This document shows, in pieces, positions 11,774 to 23,502 of a DNA stretch of 64,000 nucleotides. The translations under genes and the position numbers were made by a program. The first letter of the stretch is position 1; the number at the start of each line of letters is the position of its first letter. The DNA lies in assembly GCA_963842945.1 (NCBI GenBank), contig CAWJIM010000016.1, positions 194,509 through 258,508 of the forward strand. The letters are read 5' to 3'. This DNA comes from an uncultured Gemmatimonadales bacterium. Lineage in GTDB: Bacteria; Gemmatimonadota; Gemmatimonadetes; Gemmatimonadales; GWC2-71-9. The notes under the pieces were generated by a model. The model saw only the letters and a program-made list of their open reading frames with translations. It was not told where the DNA came from and did not search any database.

Positions 11774-12645
11774 CAGATCACCCCAAAGGCGCGGTACATT
11801 GCCGCCGCCGTGGGAATGACGAAATAGAGAGAATCGAATCGGTCCAACACGCCCCCGTGTCCGGGAATAAGGTGACTCGAATCCTTGACGCCTGCCTCTC
11901 GTTTGAACAGTGACTCGGCGAGGTCTCCGACCTGACCAATCACCGACAGCACGCCCGCGATGGCGACCAGCTGCCAAAGTGGAATGTCCAGACCCACTCG
12001 GGGAAAAATCAGGAGACCGAACACCGGGGCCATCAGTATGCCCCCGAGCACGCCCGCGCTACTTCCCGAGATGGTTTTCCCCGGACTGACCGCCGGCGCA
12101 AGCTTGGGACCACCTATAGTGCGGCCGCCGAACATGGCCGCCGTGTCACATACCCAGGTGACAACCAGCGGGAAGAATACCAGCCAGGCCCCGGACCAGG
12201 ACTTCAGCGCGAAGCTGGTGTGTCGAATGGCCAGGAGGAAGGCGGGGAGTGCTCCGGTGTATGCCACTGCCAGGAAGGTAATGCTGGCCGCGGACAATGG
12301 CCGTTCACTGGGCGCCCGGGCCGCGAGCACCCAGCTGAGGAGGAGCAGCAGCCAGAGGGCAGCGAGATACGGCCACCACAGTCCTACCCACCGCCGCACA
12401 TCGGCGGTCGCGATGACTCCATACACCAGTAGCGGGAGCGCCGCGGCACTCAGCAACGCGAGCGGCCTCACCGGGCGCACGTTTCCGCGGTTGGCCAGAT
12501 CAAGCAGCTCACCCGCGCCGAGCGCCCCCACGACGGCCAACACGAATGCCAGCGGGGCTCCGCCGTACCAGATGAGGGCCAGGGCCAGGGGAATTGCGAA
12601 CACCGCAAATCCGACCCGCCGGACCAGATTGGCATCCATGCTCAT
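11773..12645 (-). CDS. cdsA: Phosphatidate cytidylyltransferase
   Basis: SPGKT, GDLAESLFKREAGVKDSSHLIPGHGGVLDRFDS. Confidence 0.96.
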   Translation of the reverse strand: MSMDANLVRRVGFAVFAIPLALALIWYGGAPLAFVLAVVGALGAGELLDLANRGNVRPVRPLALLSAAALPLLVYGVIATADVRRWVGLWWPYLAALWLLLLLSWVLAARAPSERPLSAASITFLAVAYTGALPAFLLAIRHTSFALKSWSGAWLVFFPLVVTWVCDTAAMFGGRTIGGPKLAPAVSPGKTISGSSAGVLGGILMAPVFGLLIFPRVGLDIPLWQLVAIAGVLSVIGQVGDLAESLFKREAGVKDSSHLIPGHGGVLDRFDSLYFVIPTAAAMYRAFGVI

Positions 12646-13385
12646 CCGGCTTCGACGCGGCCAAACCGCCGTTCGCGCCGCTGAAACTCCAGAATGGCTT
12701 CGAAGAGGTGCCGCCGGGTGAAGTCCGGCCAGAGCACGGGGGTGACGTACAGCTCGGCATAGGCGAGCTGCCAGAGGAGAAAATTGGAGATCCGCATCTC
12801 GCCCGAGGTCCGGATCAGCAGATCGGGATCGGGCCACGGAGCGGTATAGAGCATCCGGCCAACTGCCTCTTCGTCGATGTCGGCAGGGTCGAGATTCCCT
12901 GCGGCCACTTCCTGAGCCAACATCCGGGCCGCTCGGGCGATCTCGGCCCGAGCGCTGTAGGAGATGCAGAGGTTCAGCGCGAGCGAGCTACCCCCGGCCG
13001 TTTCCGCAATGACGCGATCGACCGCACGGCGGGCCCCCTCTCCCAGCTGGTCCAGGTGGCCCAGCACCCGGACCGACACTCCCTGTTCGCGAAGCTCGTT
13101 GGCCTCTCGGGCGATGTATTCCTCCAGTAGCTTCATCAGCGCTTCGATCTCTCCGGCCGGGCGCTTCCAGTTCTCCTGGCTGAAGGCGAAGAGCGTGAGC
13201 ACGCCGACGCCGGCCTGGAGACAGCCTTCGACCACCTCCCGGACCGCCTTCATCCCGGCGTGATGGCCCAGCGGACGAGGCAAGGAGCGTCCCTTGGCCC
13301 AGCGACCATTGCCATCCATGATGATGGCGATGTGGCCCGGAACCGCACCGTGAACCCGCAGCCGCTGCAGCAAATCGTTGCTCAT
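12642..13385 (-). CDS. uppS: Undecaprenyl diphosphate synthase
   Basis: HIAIIMDGNGRWA, FSQENWKRP, DPDLLIRTSGEMRISNFLLWQ. Confidence 0.98.
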   Translation of the reverse strand: MSNDLLQRLRVHGAVPGHIAIIMDGNGRWAKGRSLPRPLGHHAGMKAVREVVEGCLQAGVGVLTLFAFSQENWKRPAGEIEALMKLLEEYIAREANELREQGVSVRVLGHLDQLGEGARRAVDRVIAETAGGSSLALNLCISYSARAEIARAARMLAQEVAAGNLDPADIDEEAVGRMLYTAPWPDPDLLIRTSGEMRISNFLLWQLAYAELYVTPVLWPDFTRRHLFEAILEFQRRERRFGRVEAG

Positions 13386-13389
13386 CCGC

Positions 13390-13944
13390 TCAGACTTCCA
13401 GGATCTCCGCTTCCTTGGAATGAATCAGCCCATCGATCTGCTTGATGTGCTCGTCGGTCAATTTCTGGATCTCCTTTTCAGCGTGCCGCTTGTCGTCCTC
13501 GGAGATTTTCTCGAGCTTCTTGATTCGGGACAGCGTGTCGGTCCGGGCATGCCGCACCGCAATGCGCCCTTCCTCCCCCAGTTTGTGCACCACTTTCACC
13601 AGATCTCTGCGGCGTTCCTCCGATAAGGCAGGAAGCGGCACCCGGATCAGATTGCCCTGGGTCGCTGGATTGAGCCCCAGATCGGAGTCGCGGATGGCCT
13701 TCTCGATGGCGCCCGACAGGGACTTGTCGAAGGGCTGGACCGTCAGCAGCCGGGGCTCGGGAGCATTGATCATGGCCACCTGATTGAGGGGCACATGGCT
13801 CCCGTAGGCTTCCACCCTCACGATGTCGAGCAGCGAGGTGCTGGCCTTCCCGCTTCGGATGGAAGTGAACTCCCGCTTGGTGCTTTCGACCGCCTTGTGC
13901 ATGAGCTCGCGGCCATGCTTGGTGAGTTCCGGAATTGTGCTCAT
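13390..13944 (-). CDS. frr: Ribosome recycling factor
   Basis: [33 protein letters not shown]. Confidence 0.98.
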   Translation of the reverse strand: MSTIPELTKHGRELMHKAVESTKREFTSIRSGKASTSLLDIVRVEAYGSHVPLNQVAMINAPEPRLLTVQPFDKSLSGAIEKAIRDSDLGLNPATQGNLIRVPLPALSEERRRDLVKVVHKLGEEGRIAVRHARTDTLSRIKKLEKISEDDKRHAEKEIQKLTDEHIKQIDGLIHSKEAEILEV

Positions 13945-14654
13945 CGCACGATCGTCCCCACGCGCTCGCCCTGAAGCACCCGTGTGATGGCGCCGGGCTG
14001 ATTGATATTGAAGACAATGATGGGCAGCTGGTTGGCTTTACACAGACCGAACGCGTTCGCGTCCATGACCGCGTAGTTCTTCACGATGGCTTCCTGAAAG
14101 GTGAGCTCGGGAATGAACGTGGCTGAGGGATCTTTTCGTGGATCACCGGTATAGATGCCGTCCACGTTGGTAGCCTTCAGGATCACCTGGGCCTCGATCT
14201 CCAGAGCCCGTAGGACCCCGGCGGTGTCGGTGGAGAAAAACGGGTTGCCGGTACCCGCGGCAAAGATGATCAGCCGCCCCTTCTCCAGGTGTCGGACGGC
14301 TCGCCGGCGAATGTAGGGCTCGGCCACCGACTCCATGCGTATGGCCGTCATGACCCGGGTATCCACCCCTATCTTTTCCAGCACGTCCTGCAGCGCCAGC
14401 GCGTTGATGACCGTGCCGAGCATTCCCATGTAATCGGCAGAGACCCGGTCCAGTCCCTCACGGCTGGCAACCGTGCCCCGGATGATGTTGCCCCCGCCTA
14501 CCACCAGAGACAGGTGCACGCCCATGGCGTGTACCGCTTTGATTTCCTCCGCGAAGGCCTCGACCATATGGTAGTCGAGGCCAAAGCCCTTATCGCCGGC
14601 CAGCGCCTCGCCCGAGATCTTGAGCAGGGCGCGGGTGTAGGCGAGGGCCATCAA
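13941..14654 (-). CDS. pyrH: UMP kinase
   Basis: [40 protein letters not shown]. Confidence 0.98.
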   Translation of the reverse strand: MMALAYTRALLKISGEALAGDKGFGLDYHMVEAFAEEIKAVHAMGVHLSLVVGGGNIIRGTVASREGLDRVSADYMGMLGTVINALALQDVLEKIGVDTRVMTAIRMESVAEPYIRRRAVRHLEKGRLIIFAAGTGNPFFSTDTAGVLRALEIEAQVILKATNVDGIYTGDPRKDPSATFIPELTFQEAIVKNYAVMDANAFGLCKANQLPIIVFNINQPGAITRVLQGERVGTIVR

Positions 14655-15257
14655 GCTTCTCCGATTTTGAACCGGGCAAAACGCCGGACCGAGATCACCT
14701 CGCCCAGTTTGCCCGAAGCCTCCTTGATGAGCTGGCCGACGGTCTTCTTGTCGTCGCGCACGAACGGCTGCTCCGTCAGTGTGCGCTCGGCCACGAATTT
14801 CTTCAGCTTGCCTTCCACGATCTTGCTCCGGATGTTCTCCGGCTTGCCTTCCTGCGCCACCTGCTCTTCGGCAATCCGGCGCTCCCGCTCGAGCAGGTCG
14901 GCCGGTACGTCCTCCGGGTTCACCGCGATCGGATCGGCGGAGGCCACGTGCAGCGCGATGTCACGGGCAAGCTGCTGGAAATCCTCGGTACGAGCAACGA
15001 AATCGGTCTCGCAGTTGAGCTCCACCAGCGAGCCCACCTGCCCGTTGTGATGCAGGTAGCTCACCACCAAACCCTGCGACGCCACCTTCCCGGCCCGCTT
15101 TTCGGCCTTGGCGATTCCCTTCTTCCGGAGAATCTCCGAGGCCTTGTCCATGTCGCCAGCGGACTCCTCCAGGGCGCGTTTGCAATCCATCATACCGGCG
15201 CCGGTGCGCAGCGCGAAGCTCGCTGACGTCCTTCGGCGAAATTGTCGTGCTAGCCAT
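14651..15257 (-). CDS. tsf: Elongation factor Ts, short form (one frameshift near 15210)
   Basis: [15 protein letters not shown] + [32 protein letters not shown]. Confidence 0.97.
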
Positions 15258-15356
15258 AGTCTCCAACCAGGGGTTCACGCTGGGGTGAATAGTCAAGCCG
15301 CCGCTCGTGCCCGGCAGGCTGAGCGGCGGCAGACTGCCTGCGGGGCCGTTGTCTGC

Positions 15357-16256
15357 TTACGCGCCCGTGTCGCTCACGGCACCGGGAGCCGCAGCTTCCG
15401 CCACTGCCTCGGTGTCGGCGTCGGTCTTGAGCCGGGCCGCAATGGCCTCCGGCTTGGGCCGGCGCTTGCGGCGGGGACGGCGGCGCTTGCGATCGGCATC
15501 GGCGTCGCCCTCACTGCCGGCGTCCGTGCTGTAGGTCTCCGCCTCGAGATCCTCGGTGACCTCCCGCATCGGCATCTGAGACCGGGCCTCCTTGATCACA
15601 TCGGCCAGGGCCGCGGTAATCAGAGAGACCGACCGGATGGCGTCATCGTTGCCGGGGACCGGCACGGTGATCACGTCGGGGTCGGCGTTGGTGTCCACGA
15701 TGGCGACCACCGGTATGCCCAGCTTGTTCGCCTCGGCGACCGCGATTTTCTCCTTCTTGGCATCGACCACGAACAACGCGCCGGGCAGACGCCCCATGCC
15801 CTTAATGCCTTCGAGGTTGCGGCTCAGCTTCACCCGCTCACGCTCGAACAGCAGCTTTTCCTTCTTGGTGTAGTTCTCGAAATCGCCTTCGGCCGCGCCC
15901 TGCTCCAGCTCCCGCAGCCGCCGAATCTGCTTCTTGAGAGTCTGGAAGTTGGTGAGCATTCCACCCAGCCAGCGCTCGGTCACGTAGAAGGCCCCGCAGG
16001 TCTGCGCCTCGGCCTGGACGATGGCCTTGAGCTGCTTTTTGGTGCAGACGAAGAGTACGCCATCGCCCTTGAGGACGACGCTCCGAAGTAGCTCCTGCGC
16101 CTTGGCGATCTGGCGGAGCGTTTTCTGGAGATCGATGATGTAGATGCCGGAACGTTCGGCGAAGATGAAGCGGCGCATTTTCGGGTTCCACCGGCGAGTC
16201 TGGTGACCGAAATGCACCCCAGCTTCGAGCAGGTCCTGCAATTGGGGCTGTGCCAT
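15357..16256 (-). CDS. rpsB: 30S ribosomal protein S2
   Basis: LLEAGVHFGHQTRRWNPKM, RWLGGMLTNF, PGNDDAIRS. Confidence 0.99.
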   Translation of the reverse strand: MAQPQLQDLLEAGVHFGHQTRRWNPKMRRFIFAERSGIYIIDLQKTLRQIAKAQELLRSVVLKGDGVLFVCTKKQLKAIVQAEAQTCGAFYVTERWLGGMLTNFQTLKKQIRRLRELEQGAAEGDFENYTKKEKLLFERERVKLSRNLEGIKGMGRLPGALFVVDAKKEKIAVAEANKLGIPVVAIVDTNADPDVITVPVPGNDDAIRSVSLITAALADVIKEARSQMPMREVTEDLEAETYSTDAGSEGDADADRKRRRPRRKRRPKPEAIAARLKTDADTEAVAEAAAPGAVSDTGA

Positions 16257-16279
16257 GCTGTACTGATTTCCCGTCCGTG

Positions 16280-16360
16280 TTGGGGTTAGGCGTCCACCGC
16301 GTTCATCTCCGGCTGAGACCCCCGCAGGGGCACCCGCAGCCGAATCCCGCGATGTGCGGT
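16280..16360 (-). ncRNA. t44 / rpsB leader cis-regulatory RNA
   Basis: Minus strand CCGCACATCGCG..GGGTGCCCCTGCGGGGGTC..GTGGACGCCTAACCCCA matches the layout of the E. coli rpsB leader (CACAC..GGGGTGCCC..GGGGTC..GTGGAGGCATAACCCCA), directly upstream of rpsB. Confidence 0.8.
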
Positions 16361-16362
16361 AT

Positions 16363-16451
16363 TAGCGGGGCAGAGAGGCCGCGGGGCAGTTCGGCAGTTC
16401 GTTTCGGGACGATGGCACCGCCCCGCTGCCCCGCTGCAACCTGCCCCGCTT
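16363..16451. repeat. GCGGGGCA octamer repeats with inverted copies downstream of rpsI
   Basis: agcggggcag..gcggggcag versus ccccgctgccccgctgc..ctgccccgct. Confidence 0.65.
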
Positions 16452-16455
16452 TAGA

Positions 16456-16857
16456 CTAGCGCTTGCTGAACTGGAACCGCTTCCGCGCTCCGGGCCGTCC
16501 CGGCTTCTTTCGCTCGACAGCTCGGGGATCGCGGGTCATCAGGCCGGCAGCCCGAAGCTTGGTCCGGTGCTGCCCATCGGCCTCCACCAGCGCGCGGGCG
16601 ATGGCGTGGCGCAGAGCGCCGGCCTGCCCAGCCTGTCCGCCCCCGTTCACGTGCGCCTTCACGTCAAAGGCACCGAGAGTATCGGTGGCGGTGAAGGATT
16701 GCTGGATGTGTTGCACCAGCGACGGCCGCGGGAAATAATCGCCCAGCGTGCGTCCGTTGATGTCCCACTTGCCGGTGCCCGGCGTGAGATACACCCGGGC
16801 AACGCTGGTCTTGCGCCGGCCCACCGCCTGCCAGCGAAACTGGGGTGTTGCGGTCAT
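16456..16857 (-). CDS. rpsI: 30S ribosomal protein S9
   Basis: GRRKTSVARV, TRDPRAVERKKPG, ARKRFQFSKR. Confidence 0.99.
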   Translation of the reverse strand: MTATPQFRWQAVGRRKTSVARVYLTPGTGKWDINGRTLGDYFPRPSLVQHIQQSFTATDTLGAFDVKAHVNGGGQAGQAGALRHAIARALVEADGQHRTKLRAAGLMTRDPRAVERKKPGRPGARKRFQFSKR

Positions 16858-17306
16858 GCGGTTGCCTTCGACGGAGTAACGGTGAACGGCTTGGGCTGTT
16901 GCGCCGCGTGCGGGTGCTCCGGCCCGGCGTACACCTTGAGCTTGCCCCGAAGCTTCTGCTTGGCCAGCGACGTCTTGGGCAGCATGCCGTAGACCGCCTT
17001 TTCGATGACTCGCTCGGGATGCTTGGCCAGAAGATCGCGCGCCTGGGTGAAGCGCTCGTGACCCATATATCCCGTGTGAGCGAAATACACTTTGTTGGTC
17101 AGCTTGCGCCCGGTCAGCCGGACCTTGGCTGCGTTGACGACGACCACGAAGTCGCCACCATCCATGTGCGGCGTGTAGGTCGGCTTATGCTTCCCGCGAA
17201 TCAGCTGAGCGATGTTGCTCGCGAGGCGGCCAAGCGGCACGCCGGCCGCGTCCACGATGTGCCACTCATGACTGATGTCCGCTGGTGTGGCGGTAAAGGT
17301 CTTCAT
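16854..17306 (-). CDS. rplM: 50S ribosomal protein L13
   Basis: WHIVDA, LGRLAS, GKHKPTYTPHMDGGD, HPHAAQQP. Confidence 0.99.
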   Translation of the reverse strand: MKTFTATPADISHEWHIVDAAGVPLGRLASNIAQLIRGKHKPTYTPHMDGGDFVVVVNAAKVRLTGRKLTNKVYFAHTGYMGHERFTQARDLLAKHPERVIEKAVYGMLPKTSLAKQKLRGKLKVYAGPEHPHAAQQPKPFTVTPSKATA

Positions 17307-17380
17307 GAATTCCGCGCCTTGGGCTCGAACAGGTCCAAACCAAAACAGACCCCGAAGATAGCTGGCCTATCGCAATCGGG

Positions 17381-17893
17381 TCAAGGTGGCGGGCTGTCCT
17401 CGAACTCGACCAGTACCTGCCCTTTTTCCACCGCTTCTCCGGCCGCGGCTCGCACCCGTTTCACGACGCCTGCCGCCGGGGCCTTGAGCTCGTTTTCCAT
17501 CTTCATGGCTTCGAGCACCACTAGCCCGTCTCCGGCAGAGACCCTGGCCCCCGGCTGCACCTGAACCCGGACCACCAGTCCGGGCATCGGGGCCTTGAGC
17601 ACTTCAGCCCCTCTACGCTGGTCCGCGGCACCGGTGAGACCTCTGATGTGGTGAGCTCGCTCGTCCAGTACCTCGAGGTCCACCCTCTCCCCGTGCTGCA
17701 TCAGCGCCCAGCGGCCACGGCCCAGCGACGCGACCGACATGGTTGATGGCTCGTCGTCCAGCAAGAGCTGCCGGAGCGGGGTGCCCGGGATGACGCCAAG
17801 ACTCGCCTGACGAGTGCGTCCCGCCACCGTCACCCGGTCGCCCTCGATCTCCACCTCGATCGAGCGTCCGTCCACCAGCACGACGTATTTCAT
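17381..17893 (-). CDS. Biotin carboxyl carrier subunit of acyl-CoA carboxylase
   Basis: Own ATG at 17893 (MKYVVLVDG), APMPGLVV, LEAMKMENEL biotinylation motif. Confidence 0.93.
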   Translation of the reverse strand: MKYVVLVDGRSIEVEIEGDRVTVAGRTRQASLGVIPGTPLRQLLLDDEPSTMSVASLGRGRWALMQHGERVDLEVLDERAHHIRGLTGAADQRRGAEVLKAPMPGLVVRVQVQPGARVSAGDGLVVLEAMKMENELKAPAAGVVKRVRAAAGEAVEKGQVLVEFEDSPPP

Positions 17894-19111
17894 GTCGGCT
17901 CCAGGGTAGCGACCGTCTCCACATGGGTCGTCTGAGGAAAGAGATCGAAGGCGCGCACCGTGGTCGAGCCGGAAGCTGGGGAGCCGCTGGAGATCCCGGG
18001 CCAACGTCGCCGGATCGCAGGAGACATAGACGATCCGGTTGGGACGCACCCGCTCCAGCTCGGTTGTTACCCGCTGGTCCATTCCGGTCCGAGGCGGATT
18101 GGTGATCACGCCGTCCGGGCGCCGCAACTGAGTCATCAGGTCCTCAACCCGGCCTGCCAGACGCCGAGCCGTAGGGCCCCGGGCTTCGGCCTCGGCCACC
18201 GCGCGACGGTCGAGCTCGACGCTTTCCACCAGGGCGCCGCGCGAGACCAGCTGCGCGGTGGTCTCTCCGATGCCGGCGTACAGGTCCCATAGCTTGCGCC
18301 CGGCCACTTCGCCGAGTTGTTCGACCGCAAAGCTGCGGACCCTATCGCCCATGTTCGGATTGACCTGCTCGAATACGGTGGCCGGGAATGCCTCACCCGC
18401 GCCGGCGACGGCACGAGCGACTCCCTCGGGAGGTTGGTACCACAGGGTAGCTCTCGCGCCCTGGCGCTGCAGCTCGCGATGGAGGCGATCGGCCCCCGAC
18501 CAGACCTCGCCCTCCCCAACCCTGATCACCAGATGGCAGTGCCCCTGGCGGTCGAGCCGAAGCACCAGCTGAAGCAGCTGAGGGGGAAGAAGGGGACGCA
18601 GGCGGCTGACCAGCTGCCATAGTTCCATCAGCGGTGGAGCGGTGATGTGGCACCAGGCCAGGTCGAAGATCTGGTCGGGCCTGTCATAAGGATGCAGCCC
18701 GATGCGGCGCCCACCCGAGGCCACATGGAGCGTCAGCTTGGTTCGGTAGTCGTAAGTCTGCTCGGAAGGAACGATGGAAGGATCGGAGACATCCCGCTTG
18801 CCGATCCGCCGGAGCGCATCTCCCACGAAGGCGCGGCGACTCTCGAGCTGGGTCTCGTTGTCGAGATGCTGGAACTGACACCCGCCACAATCGTCTCGCG
18901 TGTAATGAGGACAGCGGGGCTCAACCCGGCGCGGAGAGACCTCGATCAATTCTCCCAGCCGGGCCCGGGCAAATTTCTTGTGCTCTCGAAGGCCGGTGAT
19001 CTCGACGAGATCTCCCGGCGCGGTCCGCGGAACAAAGACCGTCCTGCCATCGTCCAGCTTCCCTACCCCGTCGCCTCCAGCCGCCAGCCGCAGAATCCGG
19101 ATCGAGGTCAC
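17890..19111 (-). CDS. RlmD/TrmA-type RNA m5U methyltransferase with TRAM domain
   Basis: VFVPRTAPGD, C-x7-CGGC-x2-QH, DLYAGIG, NPPRTG, YVSCDPATLARD; apparent fusion to the biotin carrier is caused by a frameshift. Confidence 0.9.
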
Positions 19112-20601
19112 CGCAGGGCTTCGCTCCGCGCTTGCCTTCCCCACTCACTTCCCCGGCTGGCATCGGCCGTAACCGGCGGAAGGCGGGATTGGCGGGCGGC
19201 GTCCTCGGCCAGGGCCGCCGCGATGGCCAGATGCTCGACCTGATTCAGCGCCCGGTCCGGCCCGGTGAGATCCGGACGCCGGTCCAGAAACTGGATGTCG
19301 ATCTCCCCCCGAGCGAAGGCGGAGTCGGCCATCAGCCGGCGATGAAATCCCTGGTTGGTGGCCACACCCGTAATAACCAGCTCATCCAGCGCCCGAGTCA
19401 TCCGGGCCAGCGCCTGCGGCCGATCGGGCGCCCAGACAATCAACTTGGCCAGCATGGAATCGTAGTACAGCGTGACCTCATCGCCGACTTCGATCCCACT
19501 GTCCCAACGAACGCCCGGCCCCGCCGGCGGTCTCAAGTAGTCGATCTTGCCGGTAGATGGCAGAAATCCATTGGCGGAATCCTCACTGGTGATCCGGCAC
19601 TCCAGGGCCCATCCGCGGGGGGCCAGCGTCCCCTCGGGCACCCGCATTGGCTCGCCCCGCGCAATCCGCAGCTGCTCCCGCACCAGATCCACTCCGTATA
19701 CCAGCTCGGTGACCGGGTGCTCGACCTGGATCCGGGTATTCATTTCCAGGAAATAAAAGGAGCCGTCCGGAAGCAGGAGAAACTCGCAGGTCCCGGCGCT
19801 GCGATAGGAGACCGCCTTTGCCGCTGCGACGGCGGCCGCTCCCATTCGCTCCCGGAGCTCGGGGGAGACTGCGATCGAGGGCGCCTCTTCCACCAGCTTC
19901 TGGTGACGCCTCTGGACCGAGCATTCCCGCTCCCCGAGGTGGACGGTCCGCTGTCCGTCGGCCAGGACCTGGATTTCCACGTGACGCGGACGCTCGATGA
20001 ACTTCTCGAGATACACGGTGGCGTCGCCGAAGGCCTTGAGCGCCTCTGACCGTGCGGCCTCCAGCGCATTCGCCAGCGCTGCTGCTTCGCGCACCACCCG
20101 CATGCCCTTGCCGCCGCCGCCCGCCGCGGCCTTGACCATGACCGGATACCCGATCTTGTCTGCAGCGCTGCGAGCGGCTTTCAGGTCTTCGCTCTGGGCA
20201 CTGGCCCCGGGCACGATAGGAACCCCGGCCTCCTGCATGCGACGTCGCGCTTCCGTCTTGTCCCCCATCGCCCTGATAGCCGACGGTGGAGGCCCCACAA
20301 ACACCAGACCGGCACGCTCTACCGCCTCCGCAAACGCGGCTCTTTCGGCCAGGAAACCATAGCCTGGGTGAATGGCCTGGGCACCGGACTTCCTGGCTGC
20401 GTCTATCAGGCGTTCGATCGAGAGGTAGCTCTGGGCCGGTGCCGCGGGCCCAATTGCAACCGCATGGTCTGCCGCGCGCACATGGGGCGCGGCTCGATCC
20501 GCACTGGAATACACTGCCACCGCCTCGAGACCCTCCTCATGACAGGCCCGGATGATGCGGAGCGCGATCTCTCCGCGATTGGCGATGAGGACGCGGTTCA
20601 T
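19108..20601 (-). CDS. accC: Biotin carboxylase subunit
   Basis: MNRVLIANRGEIA, IHPGYGFLAE, GGGGKGMR, RECSVQRRHQK, EMNTRIQVEHPVTE. Confidence 0.96.
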   Translation of the reverse strand: MNRVLIANRGEIALRIIRACHEEGLEAVAVYSSADRAAPHVRAADHAVAIGPAAPAQSYLSIERLIDAARKSGAQAIHPGYGFLAERAAFAEAVERAGLVFVGPPPSAIRAMGDKTEARRRMQEAGVPIVPGASAQSEDLKAARSAADKIGYPVMVKAAAGGGGKGMRVVREAAALANALEAARSEALKAFGDATVYLEKFIERPRHVEIQVLADGQRTVHLGERECSVQRRHQKLVEEAPSIAVSPELRERMGAAAVAAAKAVSYRSAGTCEFLLLPDGSFYFLEMNTRIQVEHPVTELVYGVDLVREQLRIARGEPMRVPEGTLAPRGWALECRITSEDSANGFLPSTGKIDYLRPPAGPGVRWDSGIEVGDEVTLYYDSMLAKLIVWAPDRPQALARMTRALDELVITGVATNQGFHRRLMADSAFARGEIDIQFLDRRPDLTGPDRALNQVEHLAIAAALAEDAARQSRLPPVTADASRGSEWGRQARSEALR

Positions 20602-20602
20602 A

Positions 20603-20653
20603 GAAGGACGGGAAGGACGGGAAAGACGGGAAGAGCGACGGGAACGACGGGAG
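20603..20653. repeat. Degenerate 9-mer tandem repeat (GAAGGACGG) upstream of accC
   Basis: gaaggacgg gaaggacgg gaaagacgg gaagagcgacgg gaacgacgg. Confidence 0.75.
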
Positions 20654-20674
20654 AAAAGATGTGGCCCCGGACCG

Positions 20675-21690
20675 TCAGGGACGGCACGCCGGCGGCGGCG
20701 AGTCGCCGAACACCGGAAGCAAGCTGCCGCAGAGCAGGCGATTGAACCGGGCGGCGCGATCGTACACCACCCGGACATCTCGTACCCAGACCGAGCTGCC
20801 CTGGCGCGAAGCCTCCAGGAGCTCCGTCACCGAGAGGGCTTCAGGTCCGGCGGGGACGACTCGGCTGACCCGGGTGAGGCGGAACGGCCGCCAGTCCAGT
20901 GTCGGAGCCGCGGCACTGTCTGCCGTCGGCGTGAGGCACAGAGTCCGGTGGCCGGCCACGTCTTCCAACGCGTTGCGCACCGGCAGGCCGGGATCGATGC
21001 CCATCGCCTCCGCCATTCGCCGGCGGTAGACCGAATCAGTGGCGTAGCGGTCAGGGCGAATCGGGAGGATGTCGCGGGTGCGGAGGTCCAGATCGTCATA
21101 CCAGACCGAGAGCGCTTCCAGATCGCTACCGAGCAGGAGCACCCCGCCCGACGGACAGGAGCTCAGGAGATTGGCTCCCAGCTCCAGGATGAACGCCGGC
21201 ATTTCCGTGGCGGTCCGACGAGGCTGCCCCGGGCCGGTCATCTTCCACCCCGAATCTTCGAGCGCCACGACTGAGCGTTCCAGCTCGGCCAATCCGCGGA
21301 ACACGATTCCGGAGTCGACTGAGAGCCGAATGGCCTGATCGAATGCCGTGGCGGCGAAATCCAGGTATAAGAGCCCGTCCGGATCACCCTTGTGTCCCTG
21401 CAGGTGCCAGTCACGGGCATCGAGGAGGTAGAATCGGCCCAGCTGGAACCAGGCGCGCCCATCGTCCGGGGCGGTCGCGAGGTACCGGCCCAACAGATCG
21501 ATGGCCATCTGTCGTTCCCCGCTTCGCTCCAGTGCGGCGGCTTTGGGCGCCACATTGGGGTCGATCGCAGCCTGTGCCCGGAGTCCAGCCGGGGCCAGCG
21601 TTCCTATGAGGAACAGGCCAGGGCTACCGGGGAAAGCCGGAGACGTGCCGCACTGGGGGGAGTGGTCTGCACCGAAGCAACCTGAAACAT
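20675..21690 (-). CDS. Exported TPR-containing hypothetical protein (5' end frameshifted, approximate)
   Basis: Signal-like LFLIGTLAPAGLRAQAA upstream of ORF 20675..21553; TPR-like AIDLLGRYLATAPDDGRAWFQLGRFYL. Confidence 0.65.
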
Positions 21691-21835
21691 GTGTGACAAA
21701 ATGCCCCCCGGAGTACCTCTTGGCTAGGGGACGTCGGGGCCGGGAGACGCTGCACCGGATCGTACTGGGTCACGAGTCGCGAGTCAGGTGGGACGCCGTT
21801 CGACTTACCATGGTCTCGTGTCTCGGGACTCGGCA

Positions 21836-23389
<1,554 letters not shown>

Positions 23390-23502
23390 GGGGGATGAAT
23401 GTAGCGCGGGCGCGACCTGGGTCACAACGCCGCTTCCGGATTTCGAGTCGGCCTGAACTGCTGTTGGTTAGATTGGCGGCTGCTAAAGGTGGGCTGGGGC
23501 GG

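Noticed and set aside
17381..19144. RNA methyltransferase-biotin carrier fusion (587 aa ORF)
   Set aside because: A frameshift near 17960 removes the methyltransferase C-terminal motif (DLFPQTTHVETV is in another frame); the biotin carrier has its own RBS and ATG
23425..23502. Integron attC site downstream of DUF2950
   Set aside because: CTAAC and GTT-like boxes exist on the minus strand but lack a convincing complementary stem, and no integrase or second site is present
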